A program made the position numbers and the translations under genes. Shown one piece after another: positions 9,769 to 19,510 of a stretch of 64,000 nt of DNA; position 1 is the stretch's first letter, and each line of letters begins with the position of its first letter. Origin of the DNA: a virus. Its lineage: Duplodnaviria; Caudoviricetes. The stretch lies in IMG/VR virus record IMGVR_UViG_2857083903_000001, positions 22,883 to 86,882 of that record, one strand, 5' to 3'. The notes under the pieces are model-generated. The model was not told where the DNA came from and did not search any database. It worked only from the letters and a program-made list of their open reading frames with translations.

Positions 9769-10067
9769 ACGTTCACCGTCTTGAGGACGCGGTCACTGCC
9801 GGTCCAGGTGGCGCCGGTGTAGTGGGTGGCGTTGGTGTGCAGGTCCTGGACGAGGACCGCGAACCGGGCGGCGTTGCGGCGGAGGATGCGGCGGGCTTCG
9901 GAGGGGTCGGTGACGACGGCGATGACCTGGAACAGGCCGGTCGCGTTGTCGTACACCGTGCCCGGCCTGCGCGGGCCGATCTGCTGCGCGGTGACCCGGC
10001 GCAGGGCCTCGTCGGCCGGGTTGGTGTCGGTGCGGCTGGTGGCCGCGAGTCCGCTACGGTTTTCCAT
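9765..10067 (-). CDS. Hypothetical protein, first gene of the transfer operon
   Basis: RBS AGGAG. Confidence 0.6.
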   Translation of the reverse strand: MENRSGLAATSRTDTNPADEALRRVTAQQIGPRRPGTVYDNATGLFQVIAVVTDPSEARRILRRNAARFAVLVQDLHTNATHYTGATWTGSDRVLKTVNV

Positions 10068-10189
10068 GGGTCGCTCCTGGTTGAGGCTGGTAGCGATCTG
10101 CCGGGTCCTTCGGGGCCCCCGAGAGGCCTGGGTGGTAGGACACCTGGGCCTCTTCGGCTTCCTGAGCCGCCGTCATCTCCGACAACTGA

Positions 10190-10255
10190 CACGTTATTAG
10201 GTACCTCTTGGACGTGTCAAGTAACTTGCAAATGAGATAGGCTCTACTTGACGGA
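10190..10255. promoter_or_regulatory. AT-richer divergent promoter region between the transfer operon and the GntR gene
   Basis: AT-rich, short palindromes aggtacct and caagt-a-acttg. Confidence 0.45.
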
Positions 10256-10276
10256 ACATCAGAGAGGAAGGATGCG

Positions 10277-11050
10277 ATGCCTCAGGCAGAGATCATCAAG
10301 GCGCTCACCGACGCGATCGACTCAGGCATCTACAAGTACGGCGACAGCTTGCCGTCCACCAGGAAGCTGGCTGACGAGTACGGCACCAGCCAGCAGACGG
10401 TGGCCTCGGCGCTCGCGGTCATGGCCGGCATGGGCATGGTGCAGGTGCAGCGCGGCGCCGGTACGAAGGTCATCACGGGTCGGCGCGGGCACATCAAGCT
10501 GGGCACGTACCGGTCCGCCAACCGCACGGTGCCGACAGGAATGACCGCCTGGGCGAGGGACGCTGGCGAAGGCGCTAAGGAGGGACCGACTCAGGTCAGT
10601 CAGACCATCTCTACGGACGCCGATGTCGACACTGGTATCCCGGCCGGGACGGAGGTTGTTGAGCGAGCGCGCACGCGATTCGCTGCGGACGGCGCCCCGA
10701 TGCAGCACAAGCGGACCCTGGTGACCGTCGAGGCAGCCACGCTGACTCCGCAGGGCTGGACGGGACTTCCGCCGATGATGAGTCCGGGCGATGTCATCCC
10801 GCCTGACGGTATGAGCATTGCCAAGTGGCTCGGCATGGGGGTGGAGCGTGTCGTCTACGACATCTGCACGTCGCCGGTGTCAGGCGCCGCTGCAGTAGCG
10901 CTGACTCTGCCCGAAGGAACGCCCTGCTTGCGGATCGTGTCTCGCGGGATCAGGGGTGATGGGCAGGTCGCCTACGCAACCGTGACCACGGCGCCACTGC
11001 GCAGTTCGATCTCGCTGGAGATCCGTGACGACGAGGGAGGATCCGCCTGA
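10277..11050 (+). CDS. GntR/HutC-family regulator (Kor/TraR-like), wHTH + UTRA
   Basis: 'SLPSTRKLADEYGTSQQTV...VQRGAGTKV'; divergent from tra genes as in Streptomyces plasmids. Confidence 0.85.
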   Translation: MPQAEIIKALTDAIDSGIYKYGDSLPSTRKLADEYGTSQQTVASALAVMAGMGMVQVQRGAGTKVITGRRGHIKLGTYRSANRTVPTGMTAWARDAGEGAKEGPTQVSQTISTDADVDTGIPAGTEVVERARTRFAADGAPMQHKRTLVTVEAATLTPQGWTGLPPMMSPGDVIPPDGMSIAKWLGMGVERVVYDICTSPVSGAAAVALTLPEGTPCLRIVSRGIRGDGQVAYATVTTAPLRSSISLEIRDDEGGSA

Positions 11051-11220
11051 ATTTACGAACGGCCGACCGGTGGTCTAGACCGGCCGACCGTCCTGAGCCG
11101 CTGCCCTGCGAAGACAAAGCGGCCCCGCACAGAACCCCCTGCTTAAGGAAGGATCCATACGTTGCCCACCCTAGCGACAACTCCGAGAACATCGAAGTTC
11201 ACGGTCTTCGGTGATGCCCG

Positions 11221-11505
11221 ATGACACGCAACGAACCCCCTTTTGTCACCTTCACGACAGGCGCACAACTCCTGATCGACAAGGGCTTGGTCGAGAGCAT
11301 CACCCCCGATGGCCTCAGGTACATCGCCCGCACCGCGAAGGACTGGCCGTTCGGCGACAAAGCCAGCCAGCGTCCGTACGTGAAGGTCGGCAACGCCCGA
11401 ACCATGGAGACGAAGGCGTTCATGAGGTACTTCGCATCAGGGCCGACGCGCGGCGGCCGAGGTCCGAACGAGGGGCAACACATGCGGACGAAGGCGGAAG
11501 AATGA
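11221..11505 (+). CDS. Small DNA-binding protein (Xis/Cro-like, tentative)
   Basis: HTH-like N-terminus, basic C-terminus, upstream of rep. Confidence 0.5.
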   Translation: MTRNEPPFVTFTTGAQLLIDKGLVESITPDGLRYIARTAKDWPFGDKASQRPYVKVGNARTMETKAFMRYFASGPTRGGRGPNEGQHMRTKAEE

Positions 11506-11727
11506 CCGCGTTACCGGTTCCTGAGATAGCAGCCTCAGCCCGGAAACGCAGAACGGCCGGGTCATCAGGGTCGCAGCAACCCCTAGCCGGCCGTCCTAGT
11601 AAGTCACAGCGGGTTGCACCCCGCTGGTTCTCCGAGTCCCACCTAGCGAAAGGGTCCTCGCAGTGAGGGTACCCAAGGTTGTTGGTGTAGCAAGCACTCC
11701 CCCGGCCACTCGGACGCTGGGGGAAGC

Positions 11728-12759
11728 ATGAGCGATCAGTTCAGCGGTGCTGCTTTTGGGCGTGGCGACGAGGCTCCTGAGGAGGTCATCGTTGGTCGCG
11801 GCATTGCTGAGACCCACGGACTTCAGCCAGAGGACCTGGGTGTACTCATCCATCTGCTTCTCCTCCCTCCCGGCCAGTTGACTGCCGGCAAGGAACTTGC
11901 GGCCGGAATGCGCGCACTCGGCTGGAAGATGAGCGTCGACCGGTTCGAAGTGATCTCGAAGCGACTGATGGCTGCTGGCCACCTGCACCGCAAGTCGGTG
12001 TACGACCAGTCCTCGAAGCGCCCTCAGTGGCGGTACTGGGCGTACCGGAACCCGGCGAACAACCCTGGGTACGTCACGGCAGGCACTGCCGCGTTGTCAC
12101 AGGTCAGTGGCGAAGTAGGGGAAAACCCGGTTTCGCATGAGCAGGGCCCGAGGGAAGTCGGGGAACCCCCTGTTTCGCAAGGTCAGAGCCGGAATCGGGG
12201 AATCCCCGACTTCGGGAAATCCCGATCGGCCGATTCGCACGTTGATGCAGGTCAGAGCCGGGATCGGGAAATCGCCGGTTTCGGCGTTCACCCCCCACAC
12301 CCCCCGGAGGAGGTGGATACCTCCTCCCCCTACCCCCTCACTACGGTCTCGCGGCCCCATCCGCCACAGACGGAGGAGGGGCCGGAGTTCCTCCCAGAAG
12401 AGATCCGGCAAGCCGAGGTCTTCCTGCAGCAGATGAAGCGCTGGCAAGCAGGAGCTGCGACCGCCCGGAAGTGCGCGCCGCGGCTGCTGCGGGTGATGCG
12501 CACTCAGGGGTGGCCGGCGCTGGCCGACTTGGATGATGAGGCGCGCTCCAAGCTCGAGGCGGAGATCTTCCGCAACACCGGTGGCGCACGGTCCTGGGTG
12601 AAGTGTCTTCCCGGATGGATCGAAGACCTGAGGCTCTACGACCGCGTGCGGGCCCGGAAGGGCGCTGAGCCGGGCTCTGACGGCCGTGAGCGCTGCCCGG
12701 AGCATCCCAGCCGCTACCGGGTCAGCTGTGTCATCTGCGCCATGGCTGTGCCCGTCTGA
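11728..12759 (+). CDS. Phage-type replication initiator (wHTH, linker, C-terminal domain)
   Basis: Upstream of dnaB; internal DNA repeats; C-terminal CxxH..CxxC. Confidence 0.6.
   Translation: MSDQFSGAAFGRGDEAPEEVIVGRGIAETHGLQPEDLGVLIHLLLLPPGQLTAGKELAAGMRALGWKMSVDRFEVISKRLMAAGHLHRKSVYDQSSKRPQWRYWAYRNPANNPGYVTAGTAALSQVSGEVGENPVSHEQGPREVGEPPVSQGQSRNRGIPDFGKSRSADSHVDAGQSRDREIAGFGVHPPHPPEEVDTSSPYPLTTVSRPHPPQTEEGPEFLPEEIRQAEVFLQQMKRWQAGAATARKCAPRLLRVMRTQGWPALADLDDEARSKLEAEIFRNTGGARSWVKCLPGWIEDLRLYDRVRARKGAEPGSDGRERCPEHPSRYRVSCVICAMAVPV
12101..12283. repeat. Iteron-like degenerate repeats inside the initiator gene
   Basis: aggtcag...gggRaa...ttcg units at about 12101, 12180 and 12249, plus a partial unit at about 12151. 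Confidence 0.65.
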
Positions 12760-12768
12760 CAGCACAGT

Positions 12769-12800
12769 GCGGGCCGCTCCCATGCCGGGGAGCGGCCCGC
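12769..12800 (+). terminator. Hairpin between rep and dnaB
   Basis: gcgggccgctccc...gggagcggcccgc. Confidence 0.45.
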
Positions 12801-12837
12801 GTTACCCCTGCCTCTTTGACCGAACAGGAGACCTCCA

Positions 12838-14226
12838 GTGTCCCCCAGCATCCCCGCACAGCAACACGACCCTGCCGATGACACCGAACCGTGGGACGCC
12901 AAGCCCGACGGATGGAGCCGTACGCCCCCGCGAGACCTGGACGCCGAGCAGTCCGTCCTCGGGTCCCTGCTGCTGTCCGGGAGCCCCGGCAGCGCGTCGT
13001 CCCGGTACTTTGCCGAGGTCCTCGAGACCGGTCTCGTTGCCGAGGAGTACTACCGGCCCGCGCACCAGACCATCCACCGCGCGATCTGTGACCTCCACCA
13101 GGCCGGCGAGGCCGTGGACCCGGTCACGGTCGCCGACAAGCTCACCGAACGCGGCGAGATCACCCGTGCCGGCGGGCGTGCCTACCTGCATGCCTGCGTG
13201 CAGGCCGCTCCGACGGTCGCCAACGGCCCGTACTACGCCGAGATCGTCCGGGCCAAGGCGTACCGGCGGGCGGTCATCGACGCGGCGCAGCGCGTCCTGG
13301 AGTACGCGTACAGCGAGGAAGGCGACGAGAACGAAGTCCGGGACCTGGTCGAGCGGCAGCTCACCGAAATCATCTCGGGCATCTCCGGACTGCACGAGGC
13401 GCCCCCCACCGTCGGTGACCTCTACCTCGACTTCGTGTCTGACCTCGAGGACATCCAGAACGGGCAGCAGATCGGCCTGCCCTACGGCTTCGAGGACCTG
13501 GACACCCTGACCTCGGGCATGCGGCCGGGCAACGTGAGCGTGGTGGCGGCACAGTCCGGCGTGGGCAAGTCCACGTTCGCCCTGAACGCCGCGGTCGCCG
13601 CCGCAAAGACAGGCGCGCGGGTGATGTTCTCCTCGCTGGAAATGAGCAGCACCGAACTCATGCAGAAGATCGCCGCCGCGGAGGGGAAGATCGCCCTGCA
13701 CCACCTGACGCACCAGGGCGGGCTTACAGCCGAGGGCTGGGAGACGGTGAGGCGTCTTGGTCCGGAGCTGTTCCAGACGCTGCCGTTGCGGGTCTACCGG
13801 CCCGACGGCGCGTCCCTTGGCGACATCGCTTCAGCGGCACGGGCCTGCGCCCGCGACGGCGGCCTGGAACTCCTCGTCGTGGACTACCTCCAGCTCGTCG
13901 AGGTCGAGCAGTCCCGCAGCATCACCCGCGAGCAGGCCGTGGCGTCCGTGTCCCGCGGTCTGAAGAACCTGTCGGTGGAGCTGGGCTGCCACGTCATCGC
14001 CCTGTCGCAGCTCAACGACGACGGCTTGATGCGCGAGTCTCGGGCGATCAAGAACGATGCCTCGGTTGTCATCAAGGTCGAGCGGCCGGACGCGGACGAG
14101 CCGGAGTCAGCGCGGGCCGGCGAAGTCGACCTGGTGGTCGAGAAGAACAGGTTCGGGCCCACTGCCTGTGTCACCGTGGCTGCGCAGCTCCACTACTCGC
14201 GCTTCGTGGACATGACGCAGACCTGA
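12838..14226 (+). CDS. dnaB: Replicative DNA helicase
   Basis: AEQSVLGSLL, Walker A QSGVGKST, FSSLEMS, VDYLQL, ALSQL, KNRFGP. Confidence 0.93.
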   Translation: MSPSIPAQQHDPADDTEPWDAKPDGWSRTPPRDLDAEQSVLGSLLLSGSPGSASSRYFAEVLETGLVAEEYYRPAHQTIHRAICDLHQAGEAVDPVTVADKLTERGEITRAGGRAYLHACVQAAPTVANGPYYAEIVRAKAYRRAVIDAAQRVLEYAYSEEGDENEVRDLVERQLTEIISGISGLHEAPPTVGDLYLDFVSDLEDIQNGQQIGLPYGFEDLDTLTSGMRPGNVSVVAAQSGVGKSTFALNAAVAAAKTGARVMFSSLEMSSTELMQKIAAAEGKIALHHLTHQGGLTAEGWETVRRLGPELFQTLPLRVYRPDGASLGDIASAARACARDGGLELLVVDYLQLVEVEQSRSITREQAVASVSRGLKNLSVELGCHVIALSQLNDDGLMRESRAIKNDASVVIKVERPDADEPESARAGEVDLVVEKNRFGPTACVTVAAQLHYSRFVDMTQT

Positions 14227-14290
14227 CCGCCCTCGCGGCGCCCCTGCACTCCGGTCTGGGGGTGCCGGTCTGCAACTCACCCCGTCGTAA

Positions 14291-14322
14291 GCATTGCGGC
14301 CCCATGCCTACACGGGTATGGT
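14291..14322 (+). promoter_or_regulatory. Promoter/operator motif, copy 1
   Basis: gcattgcggccccatgc; TTGCGG-N17-TATGGT. Confidence 0.75.
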
Positions 14323-14357
14323 CAGTGTTGCAGGTCCCGCCGGAAGGGGAGTCGGAA

Positions 14358-14903
14358 ATGCACACCACGGTTCACGAACAGACGCAGGCCACGGAAATCC
14401 CGTGCCTCGCCTACGACATCAAGAACCAAGCCCCGACCCAGCGACTCGAAGCAGACGAGGCCGGAGACGCCGTCGTCAAGCACTTCCGCCGTGGCGCCAC
14501 CATCCACGAGTACGACACCACCGACCGTGATGGCATCCCCCTACACGTCGTCATCGCCACCACGGCCGATCAAGGCACCGTCTACGAGTTCCCCGAGACC
14601 CCCGCCACCGTCTCGACCGCATCCTCGCCGCAAGCCGCCACACCGGAGCCTCAGATCGCGCGGCCCGCCCCCACTGGCGCCTATGCTGCCGCCCTCAAGA
14701 CGTGCCGCGCCAAGGGCGCCACTCACGCCCCCGGCGATGCCCTCATGGCCGGACTGTGCCAGGACGTCGTCCAGATCCTCGCCGGCGCCGTCTCCCCGCA
14801 GCTCGTGTGGGAAGGCGCCGTCAAGAAGGGCCTGACTGCGAAGCAACTCCTGATCCTGTGCCATGCCGACTACGCGGCTGTCGATGACCTTCAGTGGGTC
14901 TGA
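14358..14903 (+). CDS. Hypothetical protein
   Basis: RBS GGAG, follows promoter copy 1. Confidence 0.65.
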   Translation: MHTTVHEQTQATEIPCLAYDIKNQAPTQRLEADEAGDAVVKHFRRGATIHEYDTTDRDGIPLHVVIATTADQGTVYEFPETPATVSTASSPQAATPEPQIARPAPTGAYAAALKTCRAKGATHAPGDALMAGLCQDVVQILAGAVSPQLVWEGAVKKGLTAKQLLILCHADYAAVDDLQWV

Positions 14904-14990
14904 TCCACCCGCCAGCCTTCACCACCGTCACCGAAGCACTCGCCCTCCTCGCAACCATCCGGCAACTCCGCTAGCCGAAAGGAACCCGCC

Positions 14991-15176
14991 ATGAGCACCG
15001 GCCGCATCCACGAGACCGACGCAGTGCAGCGAGGCGGCATCGGCCGCACTCTCCCCGTCACCGTCCTCACCGACGACGGCACCCACGCCGTCGTACGCGT
15101 CCAGGACAGCGGCCTGTACTTGAAGGCGGGTGACACCCGCACCGTTCCGTCCAGCATCATCACGCCGCAGCACTGA
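14991..15176 (+). CDS. Small hypothetical protein
   Basis: RBS AAAGGA. Confidence 0.6.
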   Translation: MSTGRIHETDAVQRGGIGRTLPVTVLTDDGTHAVVRVQDSGLYLKAGDTRTVPSSIITPQH

Positions 15177-15195
15177 CCCCCACACCCCCCGATCC

Positions 15196-15240
15196 GGCCC
15201 CGGCCGCCGTCCCCCTCGGCAGCCGGGGTCCTTCGTTTGT
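15196..15240 (+). terminator. Intrinsic terminator
   Basis: ggccccggc...gccggggtcc followed by a T-rich tail. Confidence 0.6.
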
Positions 15241-15252
15241 TCGAGGCACAGT

Positions 15253-15435
15253 TCAGTCGGCCGGCGTCCACGGCGGTGCGGGGCTGGTGCTTTCCCCACC
15301 ACAGAACCAGCAGGTGAACGTGTCCGGCGCCTGATACTTCTGTGTCCACCAGGACATCACCGGCTCGCACCAGACGGCACACTCTTCCCCGCACCAGCCG
15401 CACACGAAGACGAAGTCCACCCGACAGTCCCCCAC
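15253..15435 (-). CDS. Small Cys-rich (zinc-ribbon-like) protein
   Basis: CGWC...CWFC; start uncertain. Confidence 0.4.
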   Translation of the reverse strand: MGDCRVDFVFVCGWCGEECAVWCEPVMSWWTQKYQAPDTFTCWFCGGESTSPAPPWTPAD

Positions 15436-15514
15436 TTCGTACCGTCATGTCCTCGAGGCCATGGTCCCCCATCGCCTAGGGAACGACCGGCGGAAACAGC
15501 GGGACCCTGAGGAC

Positions 15515-15769
15515 ATGACCCCACCGATCCTCGCTTGCAAGGGCTGCGGCGCTACGAAGCCCGAACCTGACGGCACTCCCACCGACCTTTTCCCATCCGA
15601 GCACTGCGGCGACTGCCCGCCCTGGACGTGCGAAGACTGCGGAGCGACCTGCTCCGCTACGGCCCTCTGCTCCTGCTGGACAAGCCTCAACGACATGACC
15701 ACCGCAGACATCAAGGCAATCTTCGCCACAGACGGAACCTTCAACCTGCGGCCGGTGATCGAACCATGA
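15515..15769 (+). CDS. Cys-rich hypothetical protein
   Basis: Several CxxC motifs; RBS GAGG. Confidence 0.55.
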   Translation: MTPPILACKGCGATKPEPDGTPTDLFPSEHCGDCPPWTCEDCGATCSATALCSCWTSLNDMTTADIKAIFATDGTFNLRPVIEP

Positions 15770-16134
15770 CCAGCCGCCCCATGGTGGGCGTCGGCATGCC
15801 GGCTGCCCTCCACCTCGAAGCGTTCGGCCGGGAGATCGACGCCGCGTTCGGGCACCTCCCGTACCTCGTCGGCACTGCAGCCGTCGGCAAGCAGTGGCGC
15901 GACGTAGACGTCCGCCTCATCCTCCCCGACGAGGAGTTCGACACTCTGTTCCCGGCCGTTGATCCGGAACAGCCTGACGGCCGGTGGGGCCTACTGTGCG
16001 CGGCCCTGTCCGAACTCGCCCGCCAGCGCACCGGCCTCCCTGTCGACTTCCAGATCCAGCGCATGAGCGTCGCCAACGACCGCTACCCAGGTCCGCGTCT
16101 CGCCCTCGGCATCCACGACAGGAATGGCCAGTAG
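15766..16134 (+). CDS. Minimal nucleotidyltransferase-like protein
   Basis: YLVGT...RDVDVR...VDFQ, resembling the hG[S/T]-DxD-D pol-beta motif. Confidence 0.55.
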   Translation: MTSRPMVGVGMPAALHLEAFGREIDAAFGHLPYLVGTAAVGKQWRDVDVRLILPDEEFDTLFPAVDPEQPDGRWGLLCAALSELARQRTGLPVDFQIQRMSVANDRYPGPRLALGIHDRNGQ

Positions 16135-16169
16135 GAACGGCACGGAGCGATCGGGCTGGCCCGCACGCT

Positions 16170-16385
16170 CTACGCCGCGGTGCCTGGTCCGGCTTCGCGT
16201 GGGTCTCCGATGGGCCGGGTGAGTGCGTCGTCTGTGAGCAGCCGGCGTTCGGGTGCGGTGGCGTCCAGCTCGAAGTAGTGGAGGCATTCTTCGCAGCGGA
16301 CGCCGTCGATGAGGACCTCGTCCTCGGCGTTGGGGCAGTCGGTGCCGTCTCCGCGTCCGGGGCATCGTTCGCGTGTGTCTGCCAT
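16170..16385 (-). CDS. Small Cys-containing hypothetical protein
   Basis: CPG..CPN..CEEC. Confidence 0.4.
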   Translation of the reverse strand: MADTRERCPGRGDGTDCPNAEDEVLIDGVRCEECLHYFELDATAPERRLLTDDALTRPIGDPREAGPGTAA

Positions 16386-16565
16386 GGGTTGACGGTGCGT
16401 CGCCTGCCGGGGGTGTGGGAGTGGGCGTGGTGGGGCGCACGGGTGTGCGGGTCGGGCAGGGCGGCACTTTGGTGGTCTGGAGTCTCACTGGCCTGGTGTG
16501 AGGGCCTGTCTGGTGGGTGTTGGTGGTTGGGCGGTGAGGGTTCCTGCCCACTCATCCCCGCATGG

Positions 16566-16597
16566 GCATTGTGGCCCCATGCTTAGAGCGGTATGGT
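16566..16597 (+). promoter_or_regulatory. Promoter/operator motif, copy 2
   Basis: gcattgtggccccatgc; TTGTGG-N17-TATGGT. Confidence 0.75.
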
Positions 16598-16719
16598 TGC
16601 AGTCCCTCCCCCACCACCCAACCCCACCTGCGGCCACCCGCAATCAGGCGGAGGGAACAAACCCACACCCCCACGGCACGATCAAAGCCAACGCCCCCAC
16701 CCACACCGGGAGGCCACCC

Positions 16720-17016
16720 ATGAAGGTCCGCGCCGACGTCGCCGAACTCATCTACCAAGGCTTCAACAACGCCGAGATCCGTGAACGCACCGGACTCTCC
16801 GGACAGGCCATAGGCGCCGCACGCCGCCGCCTCCAGCGCCCCAACGCCCCCACCCGCCGCGACACCACCGCCCTCGAGCGGCTGTACGCCGAAGCCCTGC
16901 CGACCGGCCGGGTCAAGGACTGGAAGCCCGCCACCGGCCGCACCCCGCTCTCCCCCGCCCAGCAGCGCGCCAACCGGGAACGGCTCCTCGCCGCCCTACG
17001 CGAACCCGCCGCCTAG
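16720..17016 (+). CDS. HTH-like hypothetical protein
   Basis: 'GFNNAEIRERTGLSGQAI'; RBS GGAGG. Confidence 0.6.
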   Translation: MKVRADVAELIYQGFNNAEIRERTGLSGQAIGAARRRLQRPNAPTRRDTTALERLYAEALPTGRVKDWKPATGRTPLSPAQQRANRERLLAALREPAA

Positions 17017-17047
17017 CCCGCCACGACCCGACACCGCGGAGACGTAC

Positions 17048-17593
17048 ATGACCGCCACACCTCCCACCACCCAAGCCATCGAAGGCCGCCGCGTCACCCT
17101 CAACTACACCAACAACCCCAAAACACACCCCGGTGTCATCACCCGAACCGAGACCACCACCAACGGGGTCCTGCTCACCCTCGTCCGCCTCGACGGCCAC
17201 CGGTCCAGCATCGCAATCCCCGCCGACCACGACGGCCTCCGCTACCTCAACGAGGTCGGCCCGATCCCCGACCTGCCCATGGGCCGCTTCCAGCCCAGCA
17301 CACGGCATCCCGCCATGGACTGGGAGTACGACGGCGTCATCGTCCTCGAGTTCGAAGACGGTGACATCGCCGCGATCACCGGAGACCGCATCAAGGCCGT
17401 CGCCGCGGTCGCCACCTACCTCCGCGAGCGACACGACCTCGACGAGACCGCCATCGGCAAGGAACTGGTCGAGCTGAAGTTGAAGGAGGTCGTTTTCGAG
17501 TGGGAGCCCGAGGGCGCCGAGTGTGCCTGGCTCATGCAGTGGGCTGACCGCGACCCCGAGGCCCTGCCGGTCCACTACCTGCCCTCGTTGTGA
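17048..17593 (+). CDS. Hypothetical protein
   Basis: RBS GGAG; codon bias. Confidence 0.65.
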   Translation: MTATPPTTQAIEGRRVTLNYTNNPKTHPGVITRTETTTNGVLLTLVRLDGHRSSIAIPADHDGLRYLNEVGPIPDLPMGRFQPSTRHPAMDWEYDGVIVLEFEDGDIAAITGDRIKAVAAVATYLRERHDLDETAIGKELVELKLKEVVFEWEPEGAECAWLMQWADRDPEALPVHYLPSL

Positions 17594-17784
17594 CTCGCTG
17601 CCGTGGGTGTGGTCGTCGTCTGTCCCGCCCGTCCCCGACCGGATTCGGGCCCGTCTGCGCCCGCCGCCAAGGCATCACCCGACGCCGGCCAGCACCCGTG
17701 CGCCTGCCACCCGCACCCGACACCGTGCCCGGCCAGACCGAGATACCGCTCTACGTCCACCAGCCCACCCTCTGGTCAGCCTGA
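17590..17784 (+). CDS. DUF6011-like zinc-finger protein
   Basis: CRGCGRRL...GFGPVC. Confidence 0.6.
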   Translation: MTRCRGCGRRLSRPSPTGFGPVCARRQGITRRRPAPVRLPPAPDTVPGQTEIPLYVHQPTLWSA

Positions 17785-17883
17785 CCGACCCGCAGACGCC
17801 CGCACAGCCCCACCCCCGACCCAGACACCACCCCACCCCGTGAACACGCCCCACACAGGCGCACAGACCCGAAAGGCAGACAC

Positions 17884-18363
17884 GTGACCGACATCGCCAA
17901 CCCCACCGACTGGTCCGACTACGACTTCCTGGAGTTCGAAGGCTTCGTCTCCAAGGTCGAGAACGAAGGCTTCACCTACGCCGCCGAGGAGTACAGCCCC
18001 AAGTTCGAAAGCCCCGAACTCCAGGCCATCGCCAACGACTTCGGCAAGCTGCGCGCCTTCTACCTGGAGCACGAGCCGAAGATCGACGCCTGGTACCAGC
18101 AGGTCGGCCCGGAGCGCGCTTGCGACCTCCACAACGCCCACGTCGACGAGGAGCGCCAGCGCCGCGAGGACGCCTGCCTGTTCGGCATCCGCTGCACCGA
18201 CGGCCAAGTGATCACCTGCGGTAGCGAGCAGTACCGGGATCAGCTCTCCGCCGACCTGCTAGCCCGAGAAGGCAACGGCTGGCGCGTTCCCGAAGCCCTC
18301 CTCCGCCGCGACACCCCCGGCGGCCAGTGGACCGACGAACGCCCCGCCCGCCCCGCCGCCTGA
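17884..18363 (+). CDS. Hypothetical protein
   Basis: RBS AAAGG; codon bias. Confidence 0.65.
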   Translation: MTDIANPTDWSDYDFLEFEGFVSKVENEGFTYAAEEYSPKFESPELQAIANDFGKLRAFYLEHEPKIDAWYQQVGPERACDLHNAHVDEERQRREDACLFGIRCTDGQVITCGSEQYRDQLSADLLAREGNGWRVPEALLRRDTPGGQWTDERPARPAA

Positions 18364-18411
18364 CCTGCGGTTCCGCGCCCGCACCCCACCCCAACACACC
18401 CGGAGGAAACC

Positions 18412-19413
18412 GTGAAGATCCCGCCCGCGCTCCTCGCCACACTGAAGGACCGCGCCCACACCGACGGCAACCGGCTCACCCTCACCGGCCCCCGCCTGGA
18501 CCCGCGCACCTACCAGCAGATCAACGAGATCCTTGAAGCCGTCGGCGGCCGATGGACCTCCAGCGAGGGCGCCCACCTGTTCCCCACCGACGCCGACACC
18601 GCCCTGGCCCCCGTGTACGCCACCGGCAGCGTCGTCACCCTGCGGGAGAAGCGGCAGTCCGCCCAGTACTTCCCCACCCCGAAGCCCGTCGTCCAGCGGC
18701 TCATCGACCTCGCCAAGCTCACGCCGGGCGTGCGGGTGCTGGAGCCGTCCGCCGGCTCGGGCGCCATAGCCGGTGCCGTGACCGAGGCAGGCGCAACCGT
18801 GGACTGCATCGAGCGCGACCCTGGCTACGCCGCCGTCCTCGCCGACGCCGGACACCAGGTGCACGCCGCCGACTTCCTCACCGTGCCCGCCGAAGCTGCC
18901 TACGACCGGGTGGTGATGAACCCGCCCTTCACCAAGGGCGCCGACATGCAGCACGTCGAGCACGCGCTCAGGTTCCTCAAGCCCGACGGGCTGCTGGTGT
19001 CGGTCATGTCATGGACAGTGACCACCGAGTCCCGCGCCACCGCGAAGTTCCGGACGCTCGTCGAAGCCCGAGGCGGCACGGTCGAGGCGGTCGGCAAGGG
19101 CGCGTTCCGGGAGTCCGGCACCGACGTGCCCACCGTCATCGTCACCATTCCCGCCACCCGGCCGGCCGATGCGCAGCCCACCACCTGGCCCACCCGCAAG
19201 ACGCCGCCGGCCACGGAGTCAGAGTTCGAGGACCCGGCCGCTATCGCTGCCGAGATCATCGCCAGCCTGAAGGAAGCCACCGCCCAGTTCGAGAAGGTGG
19301 CCGCCGCCCTCGAACGGCCCGCACCGCCAACCCCGGCCCGCCCGGTGGACGTTGTGCCGCTTCCCCAGCGCACGCAGGACCAGCTGTTCTTCGACTTCGA
19401 CGGCGCCGCGTAG
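18412..19413 (+). CDS. SAM-dependent (probably N6-adenine DNA) methyltransferase
   Basis: QYFPTP, VLEPSAGSG, VMNPPF. Confidence 0.85.
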   Translation: MKIPPALLATLKDRAHTDGNRLTLTGPRLDPRTYQQINEILEAVGGRWTSSEGAHLFPTDADTALAPVYATGSVVTLREKRQSAQYFPTPKPVVQRLIDLAKLTPGVRVLEPSAGSGAIAGAVTEAGATVDCIERDPGYAAVLADAGHQVHAADFLTVPAEAAYDRVVMNPPFTKGADMQHVEHALRFLKPDGLLVSVMSWTVTTESRATAKFRTLVEARGGTVEAVGKGAFRESGTDVPTVIVTIPATRPADAQPTTWPTRKTPPATESEFEDPAAIAAEIIASLKEATAQFEKVAAALERPAPPTPARPVDVVPLPQRTQDQLFFDFDGAA

Positions 19414-19510
19414 TCGCGCCCCGGGGACTGCACCCCATGACCCGCGCACGGCTCGGCGGTGGAGCTATCACCGCCGAGCCGGCAGCCGAAACCCTACGAC
19501 TGGAGACCAC

